Source: Cellulomonas sp. (GTDB lineage Bacteria > Actinomycetota > Actinomycetes > Actinomycetales > Cellulomonadaceae). From it: DNA of 64,000 nucleotides. Position 1 is the stretch's first letter; every line of letters begins with the position of its first letter. The DNA lies in the NCBI RefSeq assembly GCF_965229465.1, contig NZ_OZ245882.1, positions 2,454,494-2,518,493 on the forward strand, written 5' to 3'. The notes under the pieces were generated by a model. It was not told the origin of the DNA and ran no database searches. It was given only the letters and a program-made list of their open reading frames with translations. Below, in pieces: positions 50,164 to 60,036 of the stretch. The translations under genes and the position numbers were made by a program.

Positions 50164-50985
50164 GTGACCGATCAGCGCGCTCCCGCCCTCCGCCGTGCGG
50201 CCACGGTGACGTTCGTCGTGTACCTGGTGGTGCTCGCCGGTGCCGCGTTCCTGCCCTTGCCGTCCATGCAGCTCGAGCGCGGCACCGGCCCGTCCTACGA
50301 CCTCGCGCTGCGGCGGCCCGACCTGCTCGGCGGGTGGGAGGTGCAGCGGAACGTCCTCATGACGATCCCGTTCGGCGTCCTGCTGCCGCTGGTCGTGCGG
50401 TGGCGCTACGAGGCGCTCGTGCTCGCGTGCGTCGGCGTGACGCTCCTGATCGAGACCGTGCAGCTTCTGGTGTCCGCGGCGGTCGGGTGGTCGTGGCGCG
50501 CGTTCGACGTGAACGACCTGCTGCTCAACACGGTCGGAGGTCTGCTCGGGCTCGCACTCGCGGCCCTCGTGCTGGCGGTCGTGCGCCGCCCGGCTGTTCC
50601 GCCCGCGCGACGGCTGGTGCCCGCCGCCATGGCTGCGGCGCTGGTCGGGTGGGCGGTCGTCGCGACGCTGACCCCGCCTCCCACGCGCCCGGTCGTGTAC
50701 GCGTGCGACGAGCCGCCGGCCGGGACGATCACCGTGCTGCCGGGCGGCGCCAGCGCGTACGCCGGCCGCGACGGGTCGGTGTGCCTGCGGGCCGACGACG
50801 GCACGGCATCGCTGCCGTACGACGCCGGACCGGGACCCGCGTTCACCTACGACCGGCCCGACGGGACGTGGGAGGTCGGCACTGCGCAGCCGGGTGACGT
50901 GCTGACGGCGGGCGTCGGCGGTCCGGTCGTGGACCTGCATGCGGTTGACGGGTCCGACGTCCTGGTCTGGGCCGCGCGTCGGTAG
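50164..50985 (+). CDS. VanZ family protein with C-terminal extracellular domain
   Basis: NVLMTIPFG, IETVQ and FDVNDLLLNTVG motifs. Confidence 0.8.
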   Translation: MTDQRAPALRRAATVTFVVYLVVLAGAAFLPLPSMQLERGTGPSYDLALRRPDLLGGWEVQRNVLMTIPFGVLLPLVVRWRYEALVLACVGVTLLIETVQLLVSAAVGWSWRAFDVNDLLLNTVGGLLGLALAALVLAVVRRPAVPPARRLVPAAMAAALVGWAVVATLTPPPTRPVVYACDEPPAGTITVLPGGASAYAGRDGSVCLRADDGTASLPYDAGPGPAFTYDRPDGTWEVGTAQPGDVLTAGVGGPVVDLHAVDGSDVLVWAARR

Positions 50986-51051
50986 CCGGAGACGATGCGG
51001 GCATGGTGCGCGGTGCCGCGTCCGTCGGCGACCGTCGATACGGTGGGCGTC

Positions 51052-51723
51052 GTGAAGCTTCTCCTCACCTCCGGTGGCGTCACCAACCCGAGCATCCGCG
51101 AGGCGCTGGTGGACCTGCTCGGCAAGCCCATCGCCGAGTCCACCGCCCTGTGCATCCCCACCGCGCAGTACGGGCACCCCTGGGTCGGTCCCGGCGTCAA
51201 GGCGTGGGAGTTCATCAGCGGCAAGGCCCAGAACCCGATGGTCGACCTGGGCTGGAAATCCGTCGGCGTGCTGGAGCTCACCGCCCTGCCCAGCATCGAC
51301 GAGGAACGCTGGGTGCCGCTGGTCCGGGAGACGGACGTGCTGCTGGTGGCCGGCGGCGACGCCCTCTACCTGTGCCACTGGATGCGGGAGTCCGGCCTGG
51401 TCGACCTGCTCCCGTCGCTGAGCGAGACGGTCTGGGTGGGGCTGAGCGCCGGGAGCATGGTGATGACACCGAGGATCGGCGCCGACTTCGTGGGGTGGAC
51501 ACCGCCGACGGGCGACGACAGCACGCTGGGCCTCGTCGACTTCTCGATCTGCCCGCACCTGGCTCCGGACGGCATGCCGGGCAACCCCATGGCGGCGGCG
51601 GAACGGTGGGCCGCGCGCATCGGGGTGCCGGCGTACGCGATGGACGACCAGACGGCGATCACGGTGGTCGACGGCGCTGTCGAGGTCGTCTCCGAGGGGC
51701 ACTGGCGGCACTTCCCCGCCTGA
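51052..51723 (+). CDS. Peptidase S51 (dipeptidase E) / class I GATase-like protein
   Basis: LLLTSGG, VAGGD, GLSAGS nucleophile elbow and PHL motifs. Confidence 0.85.
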   Translation: MKLLLTSGGVTNPSIREALVDLLGKPIAESTALCIPTAQYGHPWVGPGVKAWEFISGKAQNPMVDLGWKSVGVLELTALPSIDEERWVPLVRETDVLLVAGGDALYLCHWMRESGLVDLLPSLSETVWVGLSAGSMVMTPRIGADFVGWTPPTGDDSTLGLVDFSICPHLAPDGMPGNPMAAAERWAARIGVPAYAMDDQTAITVVDGAVEVVSEGHWRHFPA

Positions 51724-51781
51724 GTCCACGCGACCGCTGCTGGTAGCGTGGACTGCTTTCCGCAGCACGCTGGGGGGTGTC

Positions 51782-53377
51782 ATGACCCGCACCACGCACC
51801 CGGGCCGACGTCGCGTTCCGCCCGACGTGCCCTCCACCACGTCCGCCGAGGCGGCCCCGAGCGTCACTCCGGTTGCGCCGGCCGCGCGGATCGCCTCGCT
51901 CCAGCGCACGGCCGGGAACCGGGCGACGGCTCGACTGCTGGCCCCGGCCGCGCCGACGAGGACAGCGGAGGAGGCCGAGGCGCCGCACCGCACCGGAGCG
52001 CCGGCCCCGATCACGCTCCAGCGCGATCCGAAGGCTCCCGCGCCGCCGGCCGCCTTCGTCGGCGACCCCAAGAAGGCGGAGGACGCCAAGTACGCCGGCA
52101 CGCTCGGCAAGGACGACGCCGCTCGCCTGCAGGGGGCCGGCACGCTGTCGGACGGCGACAAGACGGAGATCAAGGCGAAGCTCGCCTTCTTCAAGGGCAA
52201 GGCTCGGGACGTCTACCTGCGCACTCTCATGCCCGTCCTCGCCGAGCTCGCGCTCAGCGCGCAGAGCGTGGACCGGGCGCAGGCCGGCAAGGCGGACTAC
52301 GTCGGCACGCTGCTCGACGTCATCCAGAAGCTCAAGGCCGAACGCATCAACAGCTGGAAGCTGATCGCCGACGTCGAGCAGACCGAGGTCGCGATGGATC
52401 TGCTGCACGCCGTGGTCGCCTCCGTCGCCCTGGGCATCGGCGGGATCGTCGGCGATCTGGCCAGCGCGTCCCTCCAGAAGGGGCTCTACAAGATCTTCGT
52501 GGACCTCTCCGCCCTGGAGGCCGGCGACATCGCCGTGGAGGCGGCGTTCAAGGCAGGTGTGGCGACGACGGCCACCGCGCTCACCATGGGCACCAGGGAC
52601 GGAGTGGTCTTCGCCGAGCAGAACTGCAAGACCGCGCTCAGCAGCAAGAACCAGCCGAGCGAGAGCGGCAAGTTCAACGTCTTCGCCGAGGCGATGCGAC
52701 TCCAGACCATCTCGGAACAGCTCACCACGGCGAAGGCGTTCCAGACCGGCGCCTCGACGACCTACGACAGCGTGTCGCTGGCCGGCAAGGTCATGTCCCT
52801 GGAGGCGGTGCACAAGGAGCTGGCCGCACGGCCGGAGATCATCCAGCGGACTCTGACCGAGGGATTCATGCGCCTCCTCGCGGCCGTTCGGGCGACCAGC
52901 TCGAGGCCGAACGAGCTCGGACCGCAGCAGGGCAGGATCTTCCTGCTCCCCGACATCGGCGCCAGGAACCGGCTCGGGGAGTGGTCCGCGCCGGGCATCG
53001 AGAGCTTCACCCATTTCAACGGGTCCACCCGAGGGCTGAACGCCGCCACCCTGATGTCGTTGGACAACGCGAAGATCGAGGACCTGAAGGTCGACCTCGA
53101 GTTCGCCGTCGACGTCACGAACGCCTACTCCGGGTGGTTCCAGTCGCCGTTCAGCCGGATCTGGATCGACCGCGACGCCTCCGGTGGAGTCACGCTCCGG
53201 AACGCGGACGACGACACCAAGGAGTGGTTGGGTTCCTACTACTCCAGGATCAGCCGGGAGCTGACCAGCACCGAGCGGGACGTGTACGCGCCGCTGGGCG
53301 CGATCAAGCTGTACCAGGCCATCAAAGGCAAGCAGATCCATCGGCCCAAGAACGCCGACAAGCTCGTCCCGGACTGA
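51782..53377 (+). CDS. Hypothetical protein with eCIS-associated N-terminal motif
   Basis: SLQRTAGNRATARLL and ITLQR followed by a long helical domain; no HExxH DUF4157 core seen. Confidence 0.6.
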   Translation: MTRTTHPGRRRVPPDVPSTTSAEAAPSVTPVAPAARIASLQRTAGNRATARLLAPAAPTRTAEEAEAPHRTGAPAPITLQRDPKAPAPPAAFVGDPKKAEDAKYAGTLGKDDAARLQGAGTLSDGDKTEIKAKLAFFKGKARDVYLRTLMPVLAELALSAQSVDRAQAGKADYVGTLLDVIQKLKAERINSWKLIADVEQTEVAMDLLHAVVASVALGIGGIVGDLASASLQKGLYKIFVDLSALEAGDIAVEAAFKAGVATTATALTMGTRDGVVFAEQNCKTALSSKNQPSESGKFNVFAEAMRLQTISEQLTTAKAFQTGASTTYDSVSLAGKVMSLEAVHKELAARPEIIQRTLTEGFMRLLAAVRATSSRPNELGPQQGRIFLLPDIGARNRLGEWSAPGIESFTHFNGSTRGLNAATLMSLDNAKIEDLKVDLEFAVDVTNAYSGWFQSPFSRIWIDRDASGGVTLRNADDDTKEWLGSYYSRISRELTSTERDVYAPLGAIKLYQAIKGKQIHRPKNADKLVPD

Positions 53378-53428
53378 CCGCGCGGCGCTGAGGGCGCTCT
53401 CACGTCGCAGGGGTGCGGGGCGTGGCGT

Positions 53429-54529
53429 TCACCGCAGCGTGCGAACGAACCGTCGCACCCGTTCCGCCATCGCGCCCGGTATCTCGGCGACGGCGAAGTG
53501 GCCCCCCTCGGGCAGCCGCTCGAACACCCGCAGGTCGCGGTAGAACCGCCGCGCCACCGATTCCGGGTTGTCGTGCTCGTGCCGCTGGACGAAGACGGCG
53601 GCCGGCACCTCGACCGGGGGGATCTGGGCGTCCGCGCCGTCGAAGTAGGTGGTGAACGACGAGGCGATGGTCTGCGTCGCCCAGTACAGGGTCGCCTCGG
53701 TGAGGATGCGCTCGCGCGAGATGCGCCCCTCCAGCCGGGCGGGTTCGCCGGCCGGGGTGTCGCTCCACTCCACGAGCTTCTCGGTGATCCACGCGAGGAG
53801 TCCGGCGGGGGAGTCGTTCAGGCCGGCGGCGAGGGTGTCGGGTCGGGTGCCCTGCACGTGCGCGTAGCCCGCCTGGTCGTACCAGCCGGCCGCCATGCGG
53901 TCGTAGAAGGCGCGCTCGGTGGGGTCGCTCGTCGACTCCCGCTCGGCCGCCGACAGGAAGTGCGCGTGCGTGACGACGATCCCGACGACCGCCTCGGGGT
54001 GCGTCGCCGCGATCAGGTCGCTGACGTTCGCGGTGAAGTCCTCGCCGTAGGTGAGGTAGCCGGAGTAGCCGAGTACGTCGGTCATGAGCGTGTGCATCAG
54101 CGCGGCGAGGCGCTGCTCGGTGGGCGGCTCGTCGAGCGGCGGGGAGAACGCGAAGCCGGGCATGCTCACGACGACCACGTCGAGGTCCGGCAGCAGGTCG
54201 GCGAAGTCCAGCTGGAGCGCGAACGAGTGCGGCCAGCCGTGCATCACCAGGAGCGCCGGGGCGTCCGGGTTCGTCGACCGCAGGTGGGCGAAGTGCAGCG
54301 TGGTGCCGTCGACGTCGGCGAGGAACTGCGGGTGCCGGTTCAGCCGGGCCTCGCGGGCGCGCCAGTCGAACGTCTGCCACGACGCGACGAGCTCCCGCAG
54401 GTACGCCGCGCTCATGCCCGATGCGGGCCGCCGGGGGGAGTCGTCGAGGAAGCGCGTGCGCGCCAGGCGGTCGCGCAGGTCGTCGAGGACCGGCTGCGGG
54501 ACGTCGACGGCGAACGGTCGAACGGTCAT
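53429..54529 (-). CDS. Epoxide hydrolase (EHN + alpha/beta hydrolase)
   Basis: LDDLRDRL..TR, HGWPHS, GLNDSPAGL and GGHFA motifs. Confidence 0.9.
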   Translation of the reverse strand: MTVRPFAVDVPQPVLDDLRDRLARTRFLDDSPRRPASGMSAAYLRELVASWQTFDWRAREARLNRHPQFLADVDGTTLHFAHLRSTNPDAPALLVMHGWPHSFALQLDFADLLPDLDVVVVSMPGFAFSPPLDEPPTEQRLAALMHTLMTDVLGYSGYLTYGEDFTANVSDLIAATHPEAVVGIVVTHAHFLSAAERESTSDPTERAFYDRMAAGWYDQAGYAHVQGTRPDTLAAGLNDSPAGLLAWITEKLVEWSDTPAGEPARLEGRISRERILTEATLYWATQTIASSFTTYFDGADAQIPPVEVPAAVFVQRHEHDNPESVARRFYRDLRVFERLPEGGHFAVAEIPGAMAERVRRFVRTLR

Positions 54530-54641
54530 GCCCACACGGTAGGAGGCACCTCCGACACGCGGCCGCGGTGGACGAGAGTCCGACCCGGAGAGTGGACCAA
54601 GGTCCACCCTCGTGCCCCGGCGCCGAGGCCAGGCTGGTCTC

Positions 54642-55184
54642 GTGATCACAGTGCAGGGCGCCGGCGCCCTCGAGAAGATCCGCACCGACAGGCTGACGAT
54701 CCGCCGCTTCACCGCGACGGACGGCGACGCGCTGCACGGCTACCTGTCGCAGCCGGAGGCCGTCCGCTTCGAGCCGTACGGCGTCCAGACCCGCCTGCAG
54801 TGCCACGAGCTCGCGCTCGACCGCGAGGGGGACGAGGCGTTCTGGGCCGTGTGCCGTGCCGGTGACGAGCGGCTCATCGGCAACCTGTACCTGCACCGCG
54901 ACGACCCACGCACGTACACCCTGGGGTACGTCTTCGACCCCGCGCAGTGGGGTCAGGGCTACGCGACCGAGGCGGCCGCCGCGCTGGTGGACGTCTGCTT
55001 CCGCAGCTGGGGCGCGCACCGCGTGACCGCGGGATGCAGCCCCGACAACACCCGGTCGTGGCGGCTGCTCGAGCGGCTCGGGATGCGACGGGAAGACGCA
55101 CCGCAGCTGCGCGACGCCTACCAGTACGCCGTGCTCGAGGACGAGTGGTCGGCCGGTTCAGTCGGCCGGCTCGTCGGTCCGTAG
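54642..55184 (+). CDS. GNAT (RimJ/RimL-type) acetyltransferase
   Basis: TDRLTIRRF, WGQGYATEA and NTRSWRLLERLGM motifs. Confidence 0.88.
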   Translation: MITVQGAGALEKIRTDRLTIRRFTATDGDALHGYLSQPEAVRFEPYGVQTRLQCHELALDREGDEAFWAVCRAGDERLIGNLYLHRDDPRTYTLGYVFDPAQWGQGYATEAAAALVDVCFRSWGAHRVTAGCSPDNTRSWRLLERLGMRREDAPQLRDAYQYAVLEDEWSAGSVGRLVGP

Positions 55185-55799
55185 GGCGGCGAACGCCCTC
55201 TCGAACCAGCCGCCGGGCGGCACGTCGATCGGGTTCTGCCGGACCGCATGCTGCACCTGGTCCGGCTCGCGGGCCCACAGCACCTCGGCCTTGCCAGCCG
55301 CGGCTCGGAGCGCCTCGGCGTCCACCGTGAACCTCGACTCGTCGACGCCGAGGGACGGGCAGGCGACGACGACCACCAGGTCCCCGGGCGGTGGCGCAGG
55401 CGTCAGCCAGAGGGTGCTCGACCACTCCCGACCGCCGCCACCGCCGCCGCGGTGGGTGAGCACCGGCTCGTCCGCACCGGGCAGGTTGCTCCAGTCGTCG
55501 TAGCCGGCGACGACGGTGCGACCGTCGGCGAGCTCGAGGCCGACGAGCAGCCCCGCGTTGAACGTGGCATGCAGGTGGTCGTCCGGGCCGGGGTCGAGGC
55601 GGCGGCGGATCCCCAGGTCGATGTGCAGCCCGCCGGTGTAGCGCGAGATGCCGACCAGCAGGATCGCGGTGTCGGCGCCCCGCCCGATGACGCCGCTCAC
55701 GCCGACGGCGGCCGGAGCCTCGTTGTCGGGAGGGGCGAACCGGAGCCGCATCTGGGAGACGTCGTCCGCGTCGTCGGAGGACACCATCACCGAGTGCAT
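55158..55799 (-). CDS. Hypothetical protein (intact paralog of 38868-39700)
   Basis: GGGGGGREWSSTLWLTPAPPPGDL motif. Confidence 0.7.
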   Translation of the reverse strand: MHSVMVSSDDADDVSQMRLRFAPPDNEAPAAVGVSGVIGRGADTAILLVGISRYTGGLHIDLGIRRRLDPGPDDHLHATFNAGLLVGLELADGRTVVAGYDDWSNLPGADEPVLTHRGGGGGGREWSSTLWLTPAPPPGDLVVVVACPSLGVDESRFTVDAEALRAAAGKAEVLWAREPDQVQHAVRQNPIDVPPGGWFERAFAALRTDEPAD

Positions 55800-55842
55800 C
55801 GCCCGACCGTGGGGGACATCCACCACCCGCGTCAAGGGCTCG

Positions 55843-56511
55843 TCAGACGAGAGCTTGCCGCCGCACGATCTCGTTGATCCAGATCGGCGCGTACGGGGAC
55901 GTGCACCCGGGCGGGGTCGGGTAGTCCTTGAGGACCTCGAGCCGTTCGCCGATCGCGAGCGCGCGGTCGCGGTGCTCCGGGTGGTGGATCCCGATCCCGG
56001 CCAGGCACTCGTTCATCGCCCACTGGAGCCGGTCCGGCGCGTCCTTCATCTGCGCCTCGATGAGGTCCAGGAGTCCGGGCAGGTCCAGGCCGTCGGGCGA
56101 CTTCGCGACGCGGTCGTTGGTCAGCGCCCAGCCGGCGCTCGCCACCACCGGGTCCGGGTCGGCGAACCACGCGGTGCGCAGCTCCTCGACGTGCGGGCTC
56201 TTCTTGACGATGTAGCTGACCAGCCAGTCGTGGACCTTGGGCACCCGGGCGTCGCGCAGCATCGCGTCCAGCTCGGCGGCGCTGTACAGCTTCGGGCGGC
56301 TGATCAGGATCGCGACCAGTCGGGCAGCGGTGTCGCCGGTCGCCCAGAGCTGGACGGCGAGGTCCTGCTGGATCTTGAGGTCCTTGGCGACCGCGCGCAG
56401 CTTCGTGAGGTTGACCCCGTGGTCCTCGCCGTGGCGCTCGTTCACCGCCCGGATCTTGGGGTCCTCCAACGCCGCGAGCTCGGCAAGCACTCCGCTGACA
56501 GTCGACTCCAC
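55843..56511 (-). CDS. DNA alkylation repair protein (AlkD-like HEAT repeats)
   Basis: GVNLTKLRAVAK, LQWAMNECL and CTSPYAPIWI motifs. Confidence 0.85.
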   Translation of the reverse strand: MESTVSGVLAELAALEDPKIRAVNERHGEDHGVNLTKLRAVAKDLKIQQDLAVQLWATGDTAARLVAILISRPKLYSAAELDAMLRDARVPKVHDWLVSYIVKKSPHVEELRTAWFADPDPVVASAGWALTNDRVAKSPDGLDLPGLLDLIEAQMKDAPDRLQWAMNECLAGIGIHHPEHRDRALAIGERLEVLKDYPTPPGCTSPYAPIWINEIVRRQALV

Positions 56512-56565
56512 CCGATCAGCGTAGGTCGTGGACAGCCCCGATCGGGCGCCGCGACACTGGAGCCC

Positions 56566-57324
56566 ATGGCCACCTTCACCGGGTCCGACGACCTTCAGGG
56601 CGCTCAGTTCCGCGGTGCGGACCTCAGGGGTGCCCGGTTCGTCGGGAGCGACCTGGGCGGCGTGGTGATGCGCGGGGTCGACGTCGCGGGGGCGGACATC
56701 GACGCGCCGTGGCTGCTGGAGACCGGCGGCGTGCTGCTCGTCAACGGCGTGAACGTCGTCCCGTTCGTCGAGGCGGAGCTCAACCGCCGGTTCCCCGGCC
56801 GCGCCGACCAGCGCGCCGGCGACCCCGAGGGCCTGCGCGCAGCGTGGGAGGTGCTCCAGCGCACCTGGGCGACGACGCTCGCGCGGGTCGACGCGATGCC
56901 GGCCGGCACGGTCGACGTGTCCGTGGACGGGGAGTGGTCGTTCGCGCAGACGCTGCGGCACCTGGTCATGGCCACCGACACGTGGCTGCGCCGGGCGATC
57001 CAGCAGGTCGAGCAGCCGTACCACCCGATCGGTCAACCGAACACGGCGGCCGACGGCGACGGGCTCGACCTGTCGATCTTCGTCACCGAGCTGCCGTCGT
57101 ACGACGAGGTGCTCGCGGTCCGGGCGGAGCGCGTCGCGATGGTGCGCGACTTCCTGGCGACCGTCACGCCGCAGGAGCTGGCCGCGCCGCGCACGAATCC
57201 GTGGGCGCCGCAGTACCCGGAGACCGTCCTGTCGTGCCTGCACACGATCCTCGAGGAGGAGTGGGAGCACCACCGGTACGCCGTCCGCGACCTCGACACG
57301 CTGGCGGCAGCGGCCGCCGACTGA
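56566..57324 (+). CDS. Pentapeptide repeat + DinB family protein
   Basis: FRGADLRGARF repeats; EWSFAQTLRHL and EEWEHHRYA motifs. Confidence 0.85.
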   Translation: MATFTGSDDLQGAQFRGADLRGARFVGSDLGGVVMRGVDVAGADIDAPWLLETGGVLLVNGVNVVPFVEAELNRRFPGRADQRAGDPEGLRAAWEVLQRTWATTLARVDAMPAGTVDVSVDGEWSFAQTLRHLVMATDTWLRRAIQQVEQPYHPIGQPNTAADGDGLDLSIFVTELPSYDEVLAVRAERVAMVRDFLATVTPQELAAPRTNPWAPQYPETVLSCLHTILEEEWEHHRYAVRDLDTLAAAAAD

Positions 57325-57349
57325 CGTATCTGGGCCACCCAGGTCCCCC

Positions 57350-57399
57350 CTTCCCTTTCAACGCACGCGTCGCAACGGCGCGCGACTCTGGAAGGGAAG
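57350..57399 (+). promoter_or_regulatory. Leader hairpin sequestering the RBS
   Basis: CTTCCCTTTC (57350-59) pairs with GGAAGGGAAG (57390-99); inner stem 57366-82. Confidence 0.5.
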
Positions 57400-57407
57400 A
57401 ACCTCTG

Positions 57408-58097
57408 ATGGCACTCGGCACTCAGCTGTCTCCCACGCAGACGCTCGTGACGTTCTGCTTGTGGGCCCAGCGCAACGGCTACTCGGTCGGCGAGATGCAC
57501 GGCTTCGCCACCGTCCACGATGTGCACACGCACGGGTCGTGGCACTTCGACTCCGATGGCGGCTTCGGCAAGGCGGCCGACATCAACAAGAACGGTCCCG
57601 ACGAGCGCGAGCAGCTCATCGCGGCCCTCGACCGGGCGCAGGAGCTCGGGCTCGCCGTCATCTACGCACGCGACGGCGTCAACGGCATCGCCGGCCAGCA
57701 CAAGAACCACCTCCACGTGGACGTCGGACCGTTCAGCCACCTGGGGCTGGACTCGTTCGTGCCGCGGGGCGGCGGCGACGTCCTGACCGCGGCACTCCAG
57801 CGCGCGGTCCGTACGGGCGACGACCAGGTGTGGGGTGCGGACACCGACCAGCGCGCCGAGGCGGTGAAGGCGGCGAGCATGATCATGGGCGTCACCTTCC
57901 CGTTCGGGATCGAGTTCACCCAGCGGGTGGTCGGCGTCGCGGACGACGGCGTGTGGGGCAACCAGTCCCGCGCGGCCCACGACCAGACCACAGCGGCGAT
58001 CCAGCAGGCGATCGGTCGCCCGGCGACGGGGATCTGGGACCAGGCGACGGTCGACGCGTACACCAACGCACGGAGCCTTCGGAACCGCGCGGTGTAG
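57408..58097 (+). CDS. Putative Zn peptidoglycan peptidase (M15/LAS-type) with PG-binding-like C-terminus
   Basis: SWHF...AADIN and HKNHLHVD motifs; repeated DDQVWG / DDGVWG / TGIWD. Confidence 0.6.
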   Translation: MALGTQLSPTQTLVTFCLWAQRNGYSVGEMHGFATVHDVHTHGSWHFDSDGGFGKAADINKNGPDEREQLIAALDRAQELGLAVIYARDGVNGIAGQHKNHLHVDVGPFSHLGLDSFVPRGGGDVLTAALQRAVRTGDDQVWGADTDQRAEAVKAASMIMGVTFPFGIEFTQRVVGVADDGVWGNQSRAAHDQTTAAIQQAIGRPATGIWDQATVDAYTNARSLRNRAV

Positions 58098-58115
58098 GCA
58101 CGGCACGTCTCAGCA

Positions 58116-58150
58116 CTGCGGGCGTCGGCGAGCATCGCCGACGCCCGCAG
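58116..58150 (+). terminator. 16-bp perfect hairpin
   Basis: CTGCGGGCGTCGGCGA-gca-TCGCCGACGCCCGCAG. Confidence 0.7.
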
Positions 58151-58325
58151 CCGTGTGCGGGTCCGGGATGCCCGAGTCCTCCGGATCCGGTTGCTCACGC
58201 CCTGTGACCTGCATCAATTAGCGTCGACCGTGCGGGATCGTATCGATACGATCGACGTGCGACGCGACCCGGAACCCCGACCCCCGCGGACGTATCACCC
58301 CGCCCCTCCGTCTCAAGGTTCCGCT

Positions 58326-59756
58326 GTGCCCAAGGTCCTCACCGCCGGTCGTCCCTGGCGCGTCATCCTCCTGTTCGCCGTCCCCCTGCTCGTCGGCAAC
58401 GTCGTCCAGCAGCTCTACCAAGCGGCCGACGCCGTCGTCGTCGGCCGGGTGCTCGGCGTGGACTCGCTGGCCGCGGTCGGTGCCACGGGCGCGCTGCTGT
58501 TCCTCCTGCTCGGCTTCGCGTGGGGCATGACGAACGGCTTCGCGATCCCGACCGCGCACGCGTTCGGCGCGGGGGACCACGCGGCGGTCCGCAGGTCGGT
58601 CGCGGCCGGGGCGGTCCTGTCGGCGGCGACGAGCGTGGTGCTCACCGTGGCGGCGCCGCTGCTCGCGGGTCCGGCGCTGCGCCTGATGCACACGCCGGAG
58701 GAGCTGCTGCCGGAGGCGACGACCTTCGCGGTCATCAGCTTCCTGGGCGCCAGCACGATGATGTTCTTCAACTTCCTGTCGGCGGTCATCCGGGCCATCG
58801 GCGACTCGCGCACACCCCTGATCTTCCTCACGCTCAGCTGCGTGCTGAACATCGCGCTGGTGGTGGGTGCGGTGGCCGGTCTGGGCATGGGCGTGGCCGG
58901 AGCGGCGTGGTCGACAGTGGTCTCGCAGGGCGTCTCGGTGGCGCTCTGCCTCGAGTTCGTCCGGCGTCGGGTGCCGGTCCTGCACGTGCACCGCGACGAC
59001 TGGCGGGTCAGCGGCGCCGAGCTGCGCAAGCACCTGCGGCTCGGGCTGCCGATGGGGTTCCAGGCGTCGATCATCGCGATCGGCACGCTGGCCGTGCAGG
59101 TGCGCCTGAACGCGCTGGGTTCCGACGCGGTCGCCGCCTACACGACGGCCGCCCGCGTGGACGGGCTCGCGGTCGCGCTGCTGGCGTCGCTCGGCCTGGC
59201 GGTGTCGATGTTCGTCGCGCAGAACCTGGGTGCCGGCCGGCAAGACCGCATCCGGCACGGCGTCGTGCAGGCCATGGCGATCTCGGTGGTCGGCTCGGCG
59301 GTGCTCGGGGTCGTGCTCGTGGCCGGCGGCTCGGCGATCATCGGCGTCTTCGTGGGTGAGGGGGAGCAGCGCGTCGTCGACATGGCCGCGCACTACCTGC
59401 TGGTCAACGGGGTGCTCTACGTGGTGCTCGGGGTCCTCTTCGTGCTGCGCGGTGCCCTCCAGGGCCTCGGGCAGACGGTGGTCCCCACGCTGACCGGCGT
59501 GATCGAGCTGGTCTGCCGGGTCGGCGCCGCGGGCGTGCTCGGCGCGGCCTACGGGTACGGCGGCGTGGTCTGGGGCAACCCGCTGGCGTGGATCGGCGCG
59601 GTCATCCTCCTGGTGCCGGCGTACGCGGCCGCGCAGCGACGGCTCTTGGGGGCGGACGCCACGGAGGCGCCGGCCGCGGTGGTCCGCAGGCGGATCACGC
59701 GGGTGCGGCGCCGCGGGGTGCCCCGACGCGTCAAGCGGCGGGTCCCCACCGCCTGA
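58326..59756 (+). CDS. MATE family efflux transporter
   Basis: PLLVGNVVQQLY, DSLAAVG, IGDSRTPL and AQNLGAG motifs. Confidence 0.92.
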   Translation: MPKVLTAGRPWRVILLFAVPLLVGNVVQQLYQAADAVVVGRVLGVDSLAAVGATGALLFLLLGFAWGMTNGFAIPTAHAFGAGDHAAVRRSVAAGAVLSAATSVVLTVAAPLLAGPALRLMHTPEELLPEATTFAVISFLGASTMMFFNFLSAVIRAIGDSRTPLIFLTLSCVLNIALVVGAVAGLGMGVAGAAWSTVVSQGVSVALCLEFVRRRVPVLHVHRDDWRVSGAELRKHLRLGLPMGFQASIIAIGTLAVQVRLNALGSDAVAAYTTAARVDGLAVALLASLGLAVSMFVAQNLGAGRQDRIRHGVVQAMAISVVGSAVLGVVLVAGGSAIIGVFVGEGEQRVVDMAAHYLLVNGVLYVVLGVLFVLRGALQGLGQTVVPTLTGVIELVCRVGAAGVLGAAYGYGGVVWGNPLAWIGAVILLVPAYAAAQRRLLGADATEAPAAVVRRRITRVRRRGVPRRVKRRVPTA

Positions 59757-59759
59757 CCT

Positions 59760-59803
59760 GCCTCGCGCGATCCCTCCGGGATGACGGAGGGATCGCGCGA
59801 GGC
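59760..59803. terminator. 19-bp hairpin between convergent genes
   Basis: GCCTCGCGCGATCCCTCCG-ggatga-CGGAGGGATCGCGCGAGGC. Confidence 0.8.
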
Positions 59804-59806
59804 CGT

Positions 59807-60022
59807 TCAGGACCGGGCGGTCAGGGTCGTGCCCCCGGGCCTGGCCACGAGCTGGGCCACGGCCCGCGAGACCTCCGCCTCGGCATCCGGGCCGGAGAGG
59901 CTGGGGAAGCCGGCGGGGAGCTCGAACTCCCCGGAGGTCGACTCGTCGTCGGCCAGGAGGCCGCCCCCGAGGCCGATCGAGAGGATCGTGCCGTCGTCGG
60001 CGTACGTGACGTGCGCTTTCAT
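59807..60022 (-). CDS. Small hypothetical protein (71 aa)
   Basis: SD GGAG upstream; third gene of a compact operon. Confidence 0.6.
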   Translation of the reverse strand: MKAHVTYADDGTILSIGLGGGLLADDESTSGEFELPAGFPSLSGPDAEAEVSRAVAQLVARPGGTTLTARS

Positions 60023-60036
60023 GGTCGGTCTCCGTC

